From: Candidatus Krumholzibacteriia bacterium
GTDB lineage: Bacteria > Krumholzibacteriota > Krumholzibacteriia > LZORAL124-64-63
Assembly (NCBI GenBank): GCA_024763215.1
Contig: JANTFX010000006.1
Location: 2,439 to 66,438, forward strand
DNA: 64,000 nt
Direction of reading: 5' to 3'
Shown here piece after piece: positions 29,124 through 40,129 of the stretch. How positions within the stretch are numbered: position 1 is the first letter of the stretch; the number at the start of each line of letters is the position of its first letter. The notes under the pieces are model-generated. The model had not been told where the DNA came from and ran no database searches. It saw only the letters and a program-made list of their open reading frames with translations. A program made the position numbers and the translations under genes.

Positions 29124-30238
29124 AGGGATGGGGAATGGATTTCACCAAGCTGTTTCGCCCCGGTATCCTCGCCACGAAACCCTACTCGCCCGGCAAGCCC
29201 ATCGCGGAGGTCAAGCGCGAGCTGAACCTTGACCGGGTGATCAAACTTGCCAGCAACGAAAATCCCGAAGGGCCATTGCCCGCGGTGGTCGAAGCCATCG
29301 GCAAGGCCGCCCTGGACATCAACCGCTACCCCGACGCTTCCTGCCATGACCTGACCCGGAAACTTTCGGCCCTGCTGGGTGTGGACCCCGGTCAGGTGAT
29401 TTTCGGCAACGGCAGCAACGAGGTCATCGACATCCTGATCCGCGCCCTGGTCAGCCCCGGGGAAAACGTGGTGTTCAGCGAGCACAGCTTCATCGTTTAC
29501 GCCCTGACCACCCGGGTCCACTTCGAGTGCGGACGCGCGGTTCCGCTCGCCCCGGGGGACAGGCACGATCTGCAGGCCATGGCCGACGCCGTGGACGAGC
29601 GGACCAAGCTCGTGATCGTATGCAACCCCAACAACCCCACCGGGACCTACAACACGGCGGCCGAGTTCGGGGCTTTCCTGGAGCTGATACCAGAAAACGT
29701 GATCGTGGCGGTCGATGAGGCTTATTACGAGTATGTCACGGCGGAGGATTATCCGCAGACCCTGGGCATGCTGGCCGAGCATCCCAATCTGGTCCTTCTG
29801 AGGACCTTCAGTAAAATTCATTCCCTGGCGGGCCTGCGCGTCGGGTATGGTGTGGGGCATGACGGCTTGATAAGCCAGTTGCACAGGACACGCGAACCAT
29901 TCAACGTCAACTCCCTGAGCCAGGCTGCGGCCATCGCCTGCCTCGACAACTGGCACGAGGTCGCCGGCCGCGCCCGGCGCAACCGGGAGCAGCGGGAAGC
30001 GATGGCCAAGGAACTCGCAGCCATCGGGCTTGAGGTTGTGCCCAGCCAGACCAACTTCCTGCTGGTCCGGGCGCCTGGGAAAGCCGCCACCTGGGCCCGC
30101 CTGCTGCTGGAGAAGGGGATCATCGTGCGGCCCATGGACGCCTTCGGGCTGGGTGATGGCGCCATGCGGATCAGCATCGGCTTGCCCGCCGAGAATGAAC
30201 TTTGTATCGCCGCCCTCAAGGAGATCGTCGCTCGATGA
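29120..30238 (+). CDS. hisC: Histidinol-phosphate aminotransferase
   Basis: Class-II aminotransferase with KLASNENPEGP motif. 372 aa. Confidence 0.85.
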   Translation: MKGWGMDFTKLFRPGILATKPYSPGKPIAEVKRELNLDRVIKLASNENPEGPLPAVVEAIGKAALDINRYPDASCHDLTRKLSALLGVDPGQVIFGNGSNEVIDILIRALVSPGENVVFSEHSFIVYALTTRVHFECGRAVPLAPGDRHDLQAMADAVDERTKLVIVCNPNNPTGTYNTAAEFGAFLELIPENVIVAVDEAYYEYVTAEDYPQTLGMLAEHPNLVLLRTFSKIHSLAGLRVGYGVGHDGLISQLHRTREPFNVNSLSQAAAIACLDNWHEVAGRARRNREQREAMAKELAAIGLEVVPSQTNFLLVRAPGKAATWARLLLEKGIIVRPMDAFGLGDGAMRISIGLPAENELCIAALKEIVAR

Positions 30239-31062
30239 ACAATCCTGCCGCCAACCCCATCGCCAGGCGCAGGCCCGGTCAGGAAACGACCCTGGTCCGG
30301 GTCGGCGAGGTTGTGTTCGGCGGGTCCGAGGTGGTCCTGATCGGGGGGCCCTGTGCCGTCGAGACCAGGGAGCAGATCCTCACCGCCGCCGGTCAGGTGG
30401 CCGCGGCCGGCGGCAGGATGTTGCGGGGCGGTGCCTGGAAACCCCGCACGAGTCCCTACAGCTTCCAGGGGCTGGGCCCGGAGGGCTTGTCGCTGCTGGC
30501 CGAAGCCCGCGCCGCAAGCGGCCTGCCCGTGGTGACCGAGGTGCTGGACCCCAGGGATGTGCAGCAGGTGGCCCAGGCGGCCGATATGCTGCAGATCGGC
30601 AGCCGGAACATCCAGAACTTCCCCCTCCTGAAGGAGGCCGGGGCCAGCGGCGTTCCGGTCCTGCTCAAGCGGGGCATGATGACCACCCTCGACGAATGGC
30701 TCTGGGCCGCCGAATATGTGCTCAGCGCCGGCGGCCGGGACCTGGTCCTGTGCGAACGCGGTATCAGGACCTTCGATCCCTCCCTGCGCAACACCCTCGA
30801 TGTGGGTGGCGTCGCGCTTCTCAAGCAGGAGACGCATCTGCCGGTGGTGGTCGATCCCAGCCATGCCGCGGGCGACCACCGGTTCGTCGCCGCCCTGGCC
30901 AGGGCCGCGGTCGCCGCCGGAGCCGACGGGTTGCTGGTGGAAACACACCCCGATCCGCCTGCGGCCCTCAGCGACAAGCAGCAATCCCTGACTCCCGACG
31001 AATTCCGGGAACTCGTGGCTTCGTGCCGCGCCGTGGCCCGCGCCATCGGCAGGGAACTCTAG
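30235..31062 (+). CDS. 3-deoxy-7-phosphoheptulonate (DAHP) synthase, class I-beta (AroA(G)/KdsA-like fold)
   Basis: VVLIGGPCAVETREQ and MLRGGAWKPRTSPYSFQGLG are the DAHP-synthase I-beta signatures. ATGA overlap with hisC. Confidence 0.8.
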   Translation: MNNPAANPIARRRPGQETTLVRVGEVVFGGSEVVLIGGPCAVETREQILTAAGQVAAAGGRMLRGGAWKPRTSPYSFQGLGPEGLSLLAEARAASGLPVVTEVLDPRDVQQVAQAADMLQIGSRNIQNFPLLKEAGASGVPVLLKRGMMTTLDEWLWAAEYVLSAGGRDLVLCERGIRTFDPSLRNTLDVGGVALLKQETHLPVVVDPSHAAGDHRFVAALARAAVAAGADGLLVETHPDPPAALSDKQQSLTPDEFRELVASCRAVARAIGREL

Positions 31063-31063
31063 C

Positions 31064-32542
31064 ATGGAACCAGCCGCACTGGCCGGAATCCCGACCCCGG
31101 AACTCGCACCATTGCCCGCGGACACGGTCATCGCCATCGACGGTCCGGCCGGTTCGGGGAAATCCACCACAGCCAAGCACCTGGCGGCACGTTTCGGCCT
31201 GCTTTACATCGATACGGGCGCCATGTACCGGGCGCTGACCCTGGCGGCCCTGCGGGGGGGGGTGGATGTGGGCGACGAGCAGGCCCTGGCTCGCCTGCTC
31301 GCATCCTCGCGCCTGGAGCTGGTCTCCGGCGGCAAGGAGGCGCGGGTGACCTGGGAAGGCCAGGATGTCTCCGCCGCCATCAGGACCACCGAGGTGGAAG
31401 CGGCCGTATCCCTGGTCAGCTCGCATCCGGCCGTGCGGCAGGAGATGGTGCGGCGCCAGCAGGACATGGGCCGCCGCGGGGGCGTGGTCATGGAAGGCCG
31501 CGACATCGGCAGCGTGGTTTTCCCGCTGGCCACGGCCAAGATCTTCCTTTCGGCCGGGCTGGAAGCCCGCGTCCAGCGCCGCCTGCGCCAGTACCGGCAA
31601 CGCGGCCAGGAACTCAGTGCAGACCAGGTCCGGGCCGATCTTGCCAAGCGCGACAAGCTGGACAGCGAGCGTGTGACCAGCCCCTTGAACATCTCGCCCG
31701 ATGCGGTCGTCATCGACAGCAGCGCCATGGATATCCAGCGCCAGAACGAGGCCTGCGCCCGCGCCTGCCGGTTGAACCCCACCCTGGACCGCCTGCTCGA
31801 CCGGGATCTGGCCACCTCCCGCCGCACCCTGCCCTGGCATTACCGCCTGGCCTACGGCGTCATGCAGACCCTCGGCCGGTATTACGGGCTCCGGCAGGTG
31901 GGCAACGAGGGCAAGGCCTTGCCGCGGGGCTGCATCGTGGCCGTCAACCACATCAGCCTGTGGGACCCGCCCCTGGTCGGGGGGACCTTCATGCGGCACC
32001 GCGTCAACACCCTGGCCAAGGCGGAGCTGTTCAAACCCGGGCCCATGAAGGCTTTTTTCAACTGGCTGGATTCCATCCCCATCCGGCGGCGTGGTTTCGA
32101 CCAGGAGGCCTTCCGTGCGGCTTCGGCTTCCCTGGCGGCCGGGAACAACCTGCTGATCTTCCCCGAGGGCACCAGGCGCCCCGTCGGCAGGCCGGGCCCG
32201 GTCCGCAATGGCCTGGGGATCCTGGTCCAGGACAGCGGTGCGCCCATGCAACCGATTTTCATCAGGGGCAGTTACGGCCGGATGCCCATGGGCTCCACAC
32301 TCTCGCCGCTGGAGGTTTCCTACGGGCCGGTGGTGTGGTGGCACGGTTTGCCGGCCCTGAGGGAACAGCTCGACCCCAAGCAGATCAGCCGGCGCATCGC
32401 CCAGCTCTGCGAGGCGATCTTCCTGGATCTGCAGGCGGCCTCGTTTGCCCGCCATCCCCAGACCGAATTCGAAAAGCGGCTCGGCGCCGGCCAGGCCGCC
32501 CGGTTGGAAGCCCGCTCACGCAAGGTTTTCGGCCGTTCCTGA
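31064..32542 (+). CDS. cmk: Fused cytidylate kinase / 1-acyl-sn-glycerol-3-phosphate acyltransferase (LPLAT) protein
   Basis: Single 492-aa ORF. The N-terminal ~225 aa is Cmk (IAIDGPAGSGKSTTAKHLAARFGLLYIDTGAMYRA). The C-terminal ~250 aa carries the PlsC-family HX4D motif (VNHISLWD) and FPEGTR motif. No stop codon between the halves. Confidence 0.8.
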   Translation: MEPAALAGIPTPELAPLPADTVIAIDGPAGSGKSTTAKHLAARFGLLYIDTGAMYRALTLAALRGGVDVGDEQALARLLASSRLELVSGGKEARVTWEGQDVSAAIRTTEVEAAVSLVSSHPAVRQEMVRRQQDMGRRGGVVMEGRDIGSVVFPLATAKIFLSAGLEARVQRRLRQYRQRGQELSADQVRADLAKRDKLDSERVTSPLNISPDAVVIDSSAMDIQRQNEACARACRLNPTLDRLLDRDLATSRRTLPWHYRLAYGVMQTLGRYYGLRQVGNEGKALPRGCIVAVNHISLWDPPLVGGTFMRHRVNTLAKAELFKPGPMKAFFNWLDSIPIRRRGFDQEAFRAASASLAAGNNLLIFPEGTRRPVGRPGPVRNGLGILVQDSGAPMQPIFIRGSYGRMPMGSTLSPLEVSYGPVVWWHGLPALREQLDPKQISRRIAQLCEAIFLDLQAASFARHPQTEFEKRLGAGQAARLEARSRKVFGRS

Positions 32543-32577
32543 GCGCGCTATCCCGTGGAAAATCCCCGGTGACCCCC

Positions 32578-32606
32578 TTGCAATAGCGGCAAGGCTGGGT
32601 TAGTTT
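32578..32606 (+). promoter_or_regulatory. Putative sigma70-type promoter for rpsA
   Basis: TTGCAA, a 17-bp spacer, then TAGTTT about 60 nt upstream of the rpsA RBS. A small hairpin CCGGACCTTGAGGTCCCGG sits in the leader. Confidence 0.3.
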
Positions 32607-32667
32607 ATGCAACCTGCCGGACCTTGAGGTCCCGGTGTATTCATCTGTCACTAGGAGGCAACCTTTC

Positions 32668-34689
<2,022 letters not shown>

Positions 34690-34727
34690 GCCGGGCTTAC
34701 CAGACCTGAGAAGGTCCGCCTGTGAGA

Positions 34728-34759
34728 GGGGCGGGGGCATGCCCCGTCCCTTTTTCTTT
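34728..34759 (+). terminator. Rho-independent terminator after rpsA
   Basis: GC-rich hairpin GGGGCGGGGGcatgCCCCGTCCC followed by TTTTTCTTT, lying between the rpsA stop and the next RBS. Confidence 0.7.
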
Positions 34760-34768
34760 GGAGGAGAA

Positions 34769-36157
34769 ATGAGCGATTCCAGCCCGAACCTCATCCCCGA
34801 TCTGCGGCCGCACGCCGCCCCGGCAGCTGCGGGGGAAAGGCAGCTCCGGGTGGCATTCTGGACCCTGGGTTGCCGGCTCAACCAGTACGATACCGAGGGG
34901 ATCCGGGTCCAGCTCGCCGCGCTGCGGCCCATCCAGGTCGTGCCCTGGACCGCCGAGGCGGACCTGTACGTGCTCAACAGCTGCACGGTGACGTCCAAGG
35001 CGGATCAGGAATGCCGCCGGCTGGCCAGGCAGGCCAAGCGCCGGTCCCCCGGCGCCAAGGTCCTGGTGGCCGGATGCTACGCCCAGACCCAGCCCGAGTC
35101 CCTGGCCGGTGTCCCGGAGATCGACGCCGTGGTCGGGAATGTCGACAAGGAGCAGGTCCGGCAGTGGCTGCCCGCGGTCCTCGAGGCGGACGGTCCCTCG
35201 GTGCATGTGCGGGATTTCGAACCTCATCCGGTCTTCGACTCTCCCGTGATCGATGATTTCAGCGGCCGGAGCAGAGCCTTCGTTAAGATCCAGGACGGCT
35301 GCGATCTGCGTTGCACATACTGCCTGATCTGGAAGGCCCGCGGGCCCGGCCGGTCCAGGACCGTGGAGGATATCGATGCCCAGTTGGAAACCCTGGTCGC
35401 AGGAGGCTACCGCGAGGCCATCCTGGCCGGGATCCATCTCGGGGGGTACGGGCGGGACCTTTCCGGGGGGCTTCCCCTGCCGGAGCTCCTGAGGCACGTG
35501 CTGGAGAAGTTCCCCGACCTGAGGATCCGCCTCAGCAGCATCCACCCCAACGAGGTCAGCCCGGCCTTGCTGGAACTGTTCAGGGAGCATGAGCACCTGC
35601 GCCCCCACCTGCATATCTCCCTCCAAAGCGGCAGCGACACGGTGCTGCGGCGCATGAGGCGTCCCTATGACGGCCGGCGCGCGCGGGAAGCCGTGCGGAG
35701 CATCGCCACCGTGGGGCGCAACTTCGGCATCGGCGCCGACATCATCGTTGGCTTTCCCGGCGAGAGTGAAGCGGAATTCGCGGACACCATGGCCATGATC
35801 GAGGAACTGCCCTTCAGCTATCTGCACGTCTTCCGCTTCTCGCCACGGCCCGGAACCGTGGCGGCGGAAATGGGCGACCCGGTGCACCCCGAGACCGTTT
35901 CCCTGCGTGCGGATAGGCTGCGGGACCTCGCCGCCCGGCGTCACCTCGCATTCCTGGATCGCCTAGTGGGCACCGAGCGGGAGGCCGTGCTCGAGGCCAC
36001 CGACGAGGAATCCGGTCTGCGCAGGGCCACCACGGACAATTACGCGGTCGTCCTTGTGCCCCCCGGCGGGGAGACCGGTTCGCTGGTCCGCTTGCGGCCG
36101 GTGCGCCGGGAAGGCGACCGGCTTTTCGCCGAGATCATCGGAGACAGCCATGACTGA
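34769..36157 (+). CDS. Radical-SAM methylthiotransferase, MtaB/RimO-like
   Basis: FWTLGCRLNQYDTE (MTTase N-terminal Cys), radical-SAM CTYCLIW, TRAM-like C-terminus. RBS GGAGGAG before the ATG at 34769. The ORF track starts upstream at 34424, overlapping the rpsA tail and terminator, which is unlikely. Confidence 0.8.
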   Translation: MSDSSPNLIPDLRPHAAPAAAGERQLRVAFWTLGCRLNQYDTEGIRVQLAALRPIQVVPWTAEADLYVLNSCTVTSKADQECRRLARQAKRRSPGAKVLVAGCYAQTQPESLAGVPEIDAVVGNVDKEQVRQWLPAVLEADGPSVHVRDFEPHPVFDSPVIDDFSGRSRAFVKIQDGCDLRCTYCLIWKARGPGRSRTVEDIDAQLETLVAGGYREAILAGIHLGGYGRDLSGGLPLPELLRHVLEKFPDLRIRLSSIHPNEVSPALLELFREHEHLRPHLHISLQSGSDTVLRRMRRPYDGRRAREAVRSIATVGRNFGIGADIIVGFPGESEAEFADTMAMIEELPFSYLHVFRFSPRPGTVAAEMGDPVHPETVSLRADRLRDLAARRHLAFLDRLVGTEREAVLEATDEESGLRRATTDNYAVVLVPPGGETGSLVRLRPVRREGDRLFAEIIGDSHD

Positions 36158-37529
36158 TTTCCTGCCCGACATTCCCGTGCTTTCCAGTGGGGAGCCGGAC
36201 ACCACGGCCGGCGTCCGGTTCCACGTGGAGACCTACGGTTGCCAGATGAACGTTTACGACAGCCAGGCCATCGCCGGTTTCCTGCTGGACCGGGGTTACC
36301 GGCGTGTGGGGGACCCCGACGTCGCTGACGTCATCCTGCTCAACACCTGCAGCGTTCGTGATCATGCCGAGCAGAAGGTGCTCAGCCGGATCGGTGAGAT
36401 CAGGCGCGTCCGTGATGTGCGGGGGCTGCCCCAGCCGGTCATCGGGGTTTGCGGGTGCATGGCCGAGCGGATGGGTGAGGACCTGACCCGCGGGCCGCGG
36501 GGTGTGGACCTGGTGGTGGGGGTGGACCGGTACCGGGACCTGCCCGATTTGCTGGCCGCCCTCGTTGACGGTAGCGAAACTCCCGTATCCCGGACCGCTA
36601 CCGGCCACCGCGACGACAGCCGTCTGGTGGCTCCGCCCGAGCTCTATCCCGTGAACAACAGCCACCTGGTGACCATCCATACCGGCTGCGATTACAAGTG
36701 CACCTACTGCATCGTGCCGGCCACCAGGGGTCCCCAGAGGGAGAAGGACCCGGAACTGATCGCCCGGGAGATCGAACACATCGTCCGGATCGGCGGCCGC
36801 GAGGTGACCCTGCTTGGCCAGAACGTCACCGCCTACCGGTGGGGGGACCTGGATTTCGCCGGCCTGCTGGCCAGCATCCACGGCATCGACGGCCTTGAGC
36901 GGATCCGCTTCCTGACCGGACACCCCTGCGACATGCACCCTCACCTGATGGATGGCATCGGCCGGCTCGACAAGGTGTGCCCCTGGCTGCACCTGCCCAT
37001 CCAGAGCGGGAGCGACCGGGTCCTCAAACGCATGAAGAGGCATTACACCAGGCGGCAGTACCTGGACCTGGTCGCCTATGCCCGGCGGGTCATCCCGGAG
37101 GTGACGTTTTCCTCCGATTTCATCGTGGGCTTCCCCGGCGAAACCGAGGCGGATTTTAATGCTACCGTTGAGGTGGTCGAGGCGGTACAGTTCGACCAGA
37201 TCTTCACGTTCAAGTACTCGGAACGGCCCGGGGTGCCCGCGGCCAAGCTGGCGGACGACGTGCCGGCGGCGGTCAAGAAGCAGAGGCTGGCCGCAATCAT
37301 GGCCGCCCAGGAGAAGATCTGGAAGCGTATCGCCGACGGTTGCGTGGGCCAGCGATGGCGTGCCGTGGTCGAGAAACCCGCCCGCCGCCCGCAGGGATCG
37401 TGGATGCTGCGCACCGGAAACAACCGCAAGGTGATCGCGGCGTCGCCCGGATTGGCCGTGGGCGACGTGGCAACCGTGGAGATTACCGGCCACCAGTATA
37501 CGACCTTCTTCGGCTCAGTTGCGGAATGA
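36150..37529 (+). CDS. miaB: tRNA-2-methylthio-N6-dimethylallyladenosine synthase
   Basis: RFHVETYGCQMNVYDSQ, CDYKCTYCIVP, and C-terminal TRAM domain. ATGACTGA overlap with the preceding MTTase. Confidence 0.85.
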   Translation: MTDFLPDIPVLSSGEPDTTAGVRFHVETYGCQMNVYDSQAIAGFLLDRGYRRVGDPDVADVILLNTCSVRDHAEQKVLSRIGEIRRVRDVRGLPQPVIGVCGCMAERMGEDLTRGPRGVDLVVGVDRYRDLPDLLAALVDGSETPVSRTATGHRDDSRLVAPPELYPVNNSHLVTIHTGCDYKCTYCIVPATRGPQREKDPELIAREIEHIVRIGGREVTLLGQNVTAYRWGDLDFAGLLASIHGIDGLERIRFLTGHPCDMHPHLMDGIGRLDKVCPWLHLPIQSGSDRVLKRMKRHYTRRQYLDLVAYARRVIPEVTFSSDFIVGFPGETEADFNATVEVVEAVQFDQIFTFKYSERPGVPAAKLADDVPAAVKKQRLAAIMAAQEKIWKRIADGCVGQRWRAVVEKPARRPQGSWMLRTGNNRKVIAASPGLAVGDVATVEITGHQYTTFFGSVAE

Positions 37530-37555
37530 CCCGGGCGGGCGTTCCGACGAGGTGA

Positions 37556-37900
37556 TTGATCATGTGGTTCTTCAAGGGTTTCCTGTTCCTGCTACTGCTG
37601 TTCGTCCTGGCCTATTTCTTCATCACCAACGGCGGGCAAACGGTGGACCTCAAATTCTTCGGGCACGATTACCTGGGCATCTCCATCTACTGGCTCGTCG
37701 TGGTCAGTTACCTGCTGGGGTTCCTGACCAGCTTCGTCATGGCCGCTCTGCGTGAATTCCAGCTTCGCCGGCGCCTGCGCGGACTGCAGAAGCAACTGAA
37801 ACTCAAGGAAAAGGAAATCGCAGAATTGAGGGTCTTGCCGCTCAAGGAAGAGGCCGGCCCCGGCTCCGGCGGCGACAAGCAGGACCCGGACGATGCCTGA
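37556..37900 (+). CDS. lapA: LapA-like (DUF1049) inner-membrane protein
   Basis: 114 aa. Two TM helices followed by a coiled-coil basic tail. Immediately upstream of lapB, as in the E. coli lapAB operon. Confidence 0.6.
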   Translation: MIMWFFKGFLFLLLLFVLAYFFITNGGQTVDLKFFGHDYLGISIYWLVVVSYLLGFLTSFVMAALREFQLRRRLRGLQKQLKLKEKEIAELRVLPLKEEAGPGSGGDKQDPDDA

Positions 37901-39065
37901 TCCGATGGTGGTCCTGGGGGGCGCGGCCGTCCTGCTGGCGGTGGGGTTCCTGCTGGCCGGGATCCTGAGGCAGGGCCAAGGGGCCAGGTCCCCCGACCTG
38001 TATCTCGATGCCCTGGAGGCCTGGTCGGCCGGTGACCTCGACCGTGCCGAACGGGATCTGAGATCGGCCGTGGCGGCGGACCCCAAGGGGGTTGATTCCT
38101 TCCTCAAGCTGGGTGATCTGTTCCGCCTGCGCGGCCAGGCCGACCGGGCCGCGGTGCTGCATCGGGGGCTGATCGCCCGGGCGGACCTGCCGGCCAACCG
38201 CAGGGTGCAGGCCGGCCTTTCCCTGGCTGAAGACCTGCTCGCCTTGTCCCGCTACGAAGAGGCCGGACAGGTCCTGGATACGTTGGTCCGGCAGGCCGGC
38301 GGTCAGGATCGCTACTGGTGGGCCAGATTCTCCCAGTGGATCGGACTCGCAGACGACGAGGAGGCCGCGCGGGCGCTGAAGTTCGCCGGTGAGCATCTGG
38401 ACCCGGAACGGCAGGCCGCCTTCCGTTCAGCCTACGGCTTTTTCCAGCTGGACCGGGCCTATGCCGCCGCCCTTGAACACGATCATTCCCGGGCCTTGGC
38501 CCTGTGCAAGAAGATCCCCGCCGATTCGTCGGCCAAGGCACAGGTCCCTTTGGTCGAGGCCGTGGTCAAGGTGGGCAAGGGGGACACCAGCGCGGCCATG
38601 GACATCGCCGCCAGCAGCCTCGAACGCCAGCCGGAAGCCCTGTCGGCCTTTCAGTCGGTTCTGCGGCCCGCCTTGCTGGAACAGGGCCAGTTCGCCCGGG
38701 CCATCCCCTTGCTCGAAAGGGTGGTCCAGCAACCCGAGGCCCCGCTGCCGCTGGTGGTCGAGCTGGCCCTGCTCTACGAGAAGACCGGGCGCCGGGAGGA
38801 CGCGGTCGACCTGCTGGTCCGCATGAAGGGGCGGGTTGATTTGACTTGCGGGTCCGCCGCGCTGTTGCTGAACGTCCTGATCCGCAGCGGTTGCGATGCC
38901 CGGACCCGGGACCTATGGGATGCCCTGCACCACCAGCATGAGTATGCGGGATGGTCCTGCTCGCACTGCGCCACCCCCCAGCGGCGCTACGGATGGTTCT
39001 GCCCGGCCTGCCTGCATTTCGGTGCCTTCCGGCCGGGGAACCGGCCCCTGGAAGGAGGGTCATGA
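37893..39065 (+). CDS. lapB: Lipopolysaccharide assembly protein B (YciM-like: TPR protein with C-terminal rubredoxin-type zinc finger)
   Basis: N-terminal TM helix, TPR repeats, and C-terminal CSHCATPQRRYGWFCPAC metal-binding motif. Confidence 0.8.
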   Translation: MPDPMVVLGGAAVLLAVGFLLAGILRQGQGARSPDLYLDALEAWSAGDLDRAERDLRSAVAADPKGVDSFLKLGDLFRLRGQADRAAVLHRGLIARADLPANRRVQAGLSLAEDLLALSRYEEAGQVLDTLVRQAGGQDRYWWARFSQWIGLADDEEAARALKFAGEHLDPERQAAFRSAYGFFQLDRAYAAALEHDHSRALALCKKIPADSSAKAQVPLVEAVVKVGKGDTSAAMDIAASSLERQPEALSAFQSVLRPALLEQGQFARAIPLLERVVQQPEAPLPLVVELALLYEKTGRREDAVDLLVRMKGRVDLTCGSAALLLNVLIRSGCDARTRDLWDALHHQHEYAGWSCSHCATPQRRYGWFCPACLHFGAFRPGNRPLEGGS

Positions 39066-40099
39066 AGTTGCGGGTATGTCCCCCAAAATCCCGGTGGGCA
39101 AAGGCCGTCTTCCCCGCGGCCTGCCTTCTGCTCCTGGTGATGCTGAACTCATCCCGGTTGTCCGCGGTGGGCGTCGGGCTTCTGGGCCCGTTCGCCGCCG
39201 GGGATTTCCAGACGGCCAGGGAGGCCCTCGGCAGCGGCAACGCCGACACGGGGGATGCCGGCTGGTCCTTGCTTAATCTGCTGCTTGCCGCCGATCCGGG
39301 GCAAATGGCCGCCCTGGAGCCACCTGCGCGGGCCTCGGGTTCCTCCGGCAAGGCCTGGCAGGCCCGCTGGGCCAGGGAAAATGCCGACCTCGCCTTTGCC
39401 CGCGGGGAATACCGGCAAGCACTTGATGATCTCGACCCGTTCCTGCAGGACCAGGACGAGCGCCGCGATGGAGCGATCTACCTGCGGGCCGGTTTGTCCT
39501 GGCGCGCCCTGGGCCGGCTGCAACAGGCCAGGGAGATGCTGGCCTCGGTCAAGCCGGAGGATCCTGTCTTCCCCCTGGCGCGTTTTTATCTGGGGGACGT
39601 CGCCCTGGAGAACGGCGACCCTGAACTTGCGCTGCGCTACTTCGACAGCGCGGGCGCCGCCTGGGGCGAAGGCGAAAAATCCCTTGTGGACGGAGGAAGG
39701 TACCAGGCCCTGACCGCACTGGGAAGGCATGAGCAGGCACAGGCCCTTCTGTCCGCGCACCTGGCCGCAGGCCAGGGAGGGTTGCCGTGGCCGGAAGCCG
39801 CCCCCGCGGCTGTTGCCTCGCCGGATACCACGGCTGGGCCCAGGCCGTCTTCCCGGGCCGGTGCGAAATTCTGCCTGCAGCTGGGAGCCTTCCGGGACCG
39901 GGGGCTGGCCATCAGCATGCTGAACAGATACGACGGCATGATCCCCGATCTGCGCATCGAGGCCGGCCAGGACGCGCAGGGGCAGCCCCTGTTCAGGGTG
40001 CGGGGCGGCGCCTTCAACGACCCCGGCCAGGCCCATGCCCGGGCCGAGGAGCTGAAGGGGCAATTTGGCATCGAGGCTATTGTCAAGGAATCGGACTAA
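39062..40099 (+). CDS. TPR-repeat protein with C-terminal SPOR (peptidoglycan-binding) domain
   Basis: Signal/TM N-terminus and TPR-like helical repeats. The last ~75 aa (FCLQLGAFRDRGLAISMLNRYDG...FRVRGGAFNDPGQAHARAEEL) match a SPOR domain. ATGA overlap with lapB; RBS GGAGGG. Confidence 0.65.
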   Translation: MKLRVCPPKSRWAKAVFPAACLLLLVMLNSSRLSAVGVGLLGPFAAGDFQTAREALGSGNADTGDAGWSLLNLLLAADPGQMAALEPPARASGSSGKAWQARWARENADLAFARGEYRQALDDLDPFLQDQDERRDGAIYLRAGLSWRALGRLQQAREMLASVKPEDPVFPLARFYLGDVALENGDPELALRYFDSAGAAWGEGEKSLVDGGRYQALTALGRHEQAQALLSAHLAAGQGGLPWPEAAPAAVASPDTTAGPRPSSRAGAKFCLQLGAFRDRGLAISMLNRYDGMIPDLRIEAGQDAQGQPLFRVRGGAFNDPGQAHARAEELKGQFGIEAIVKESD

Positions 40100-40129
40100 T
40101 CCCTTGCAACCAGGAGATTTCTGCCTTCC

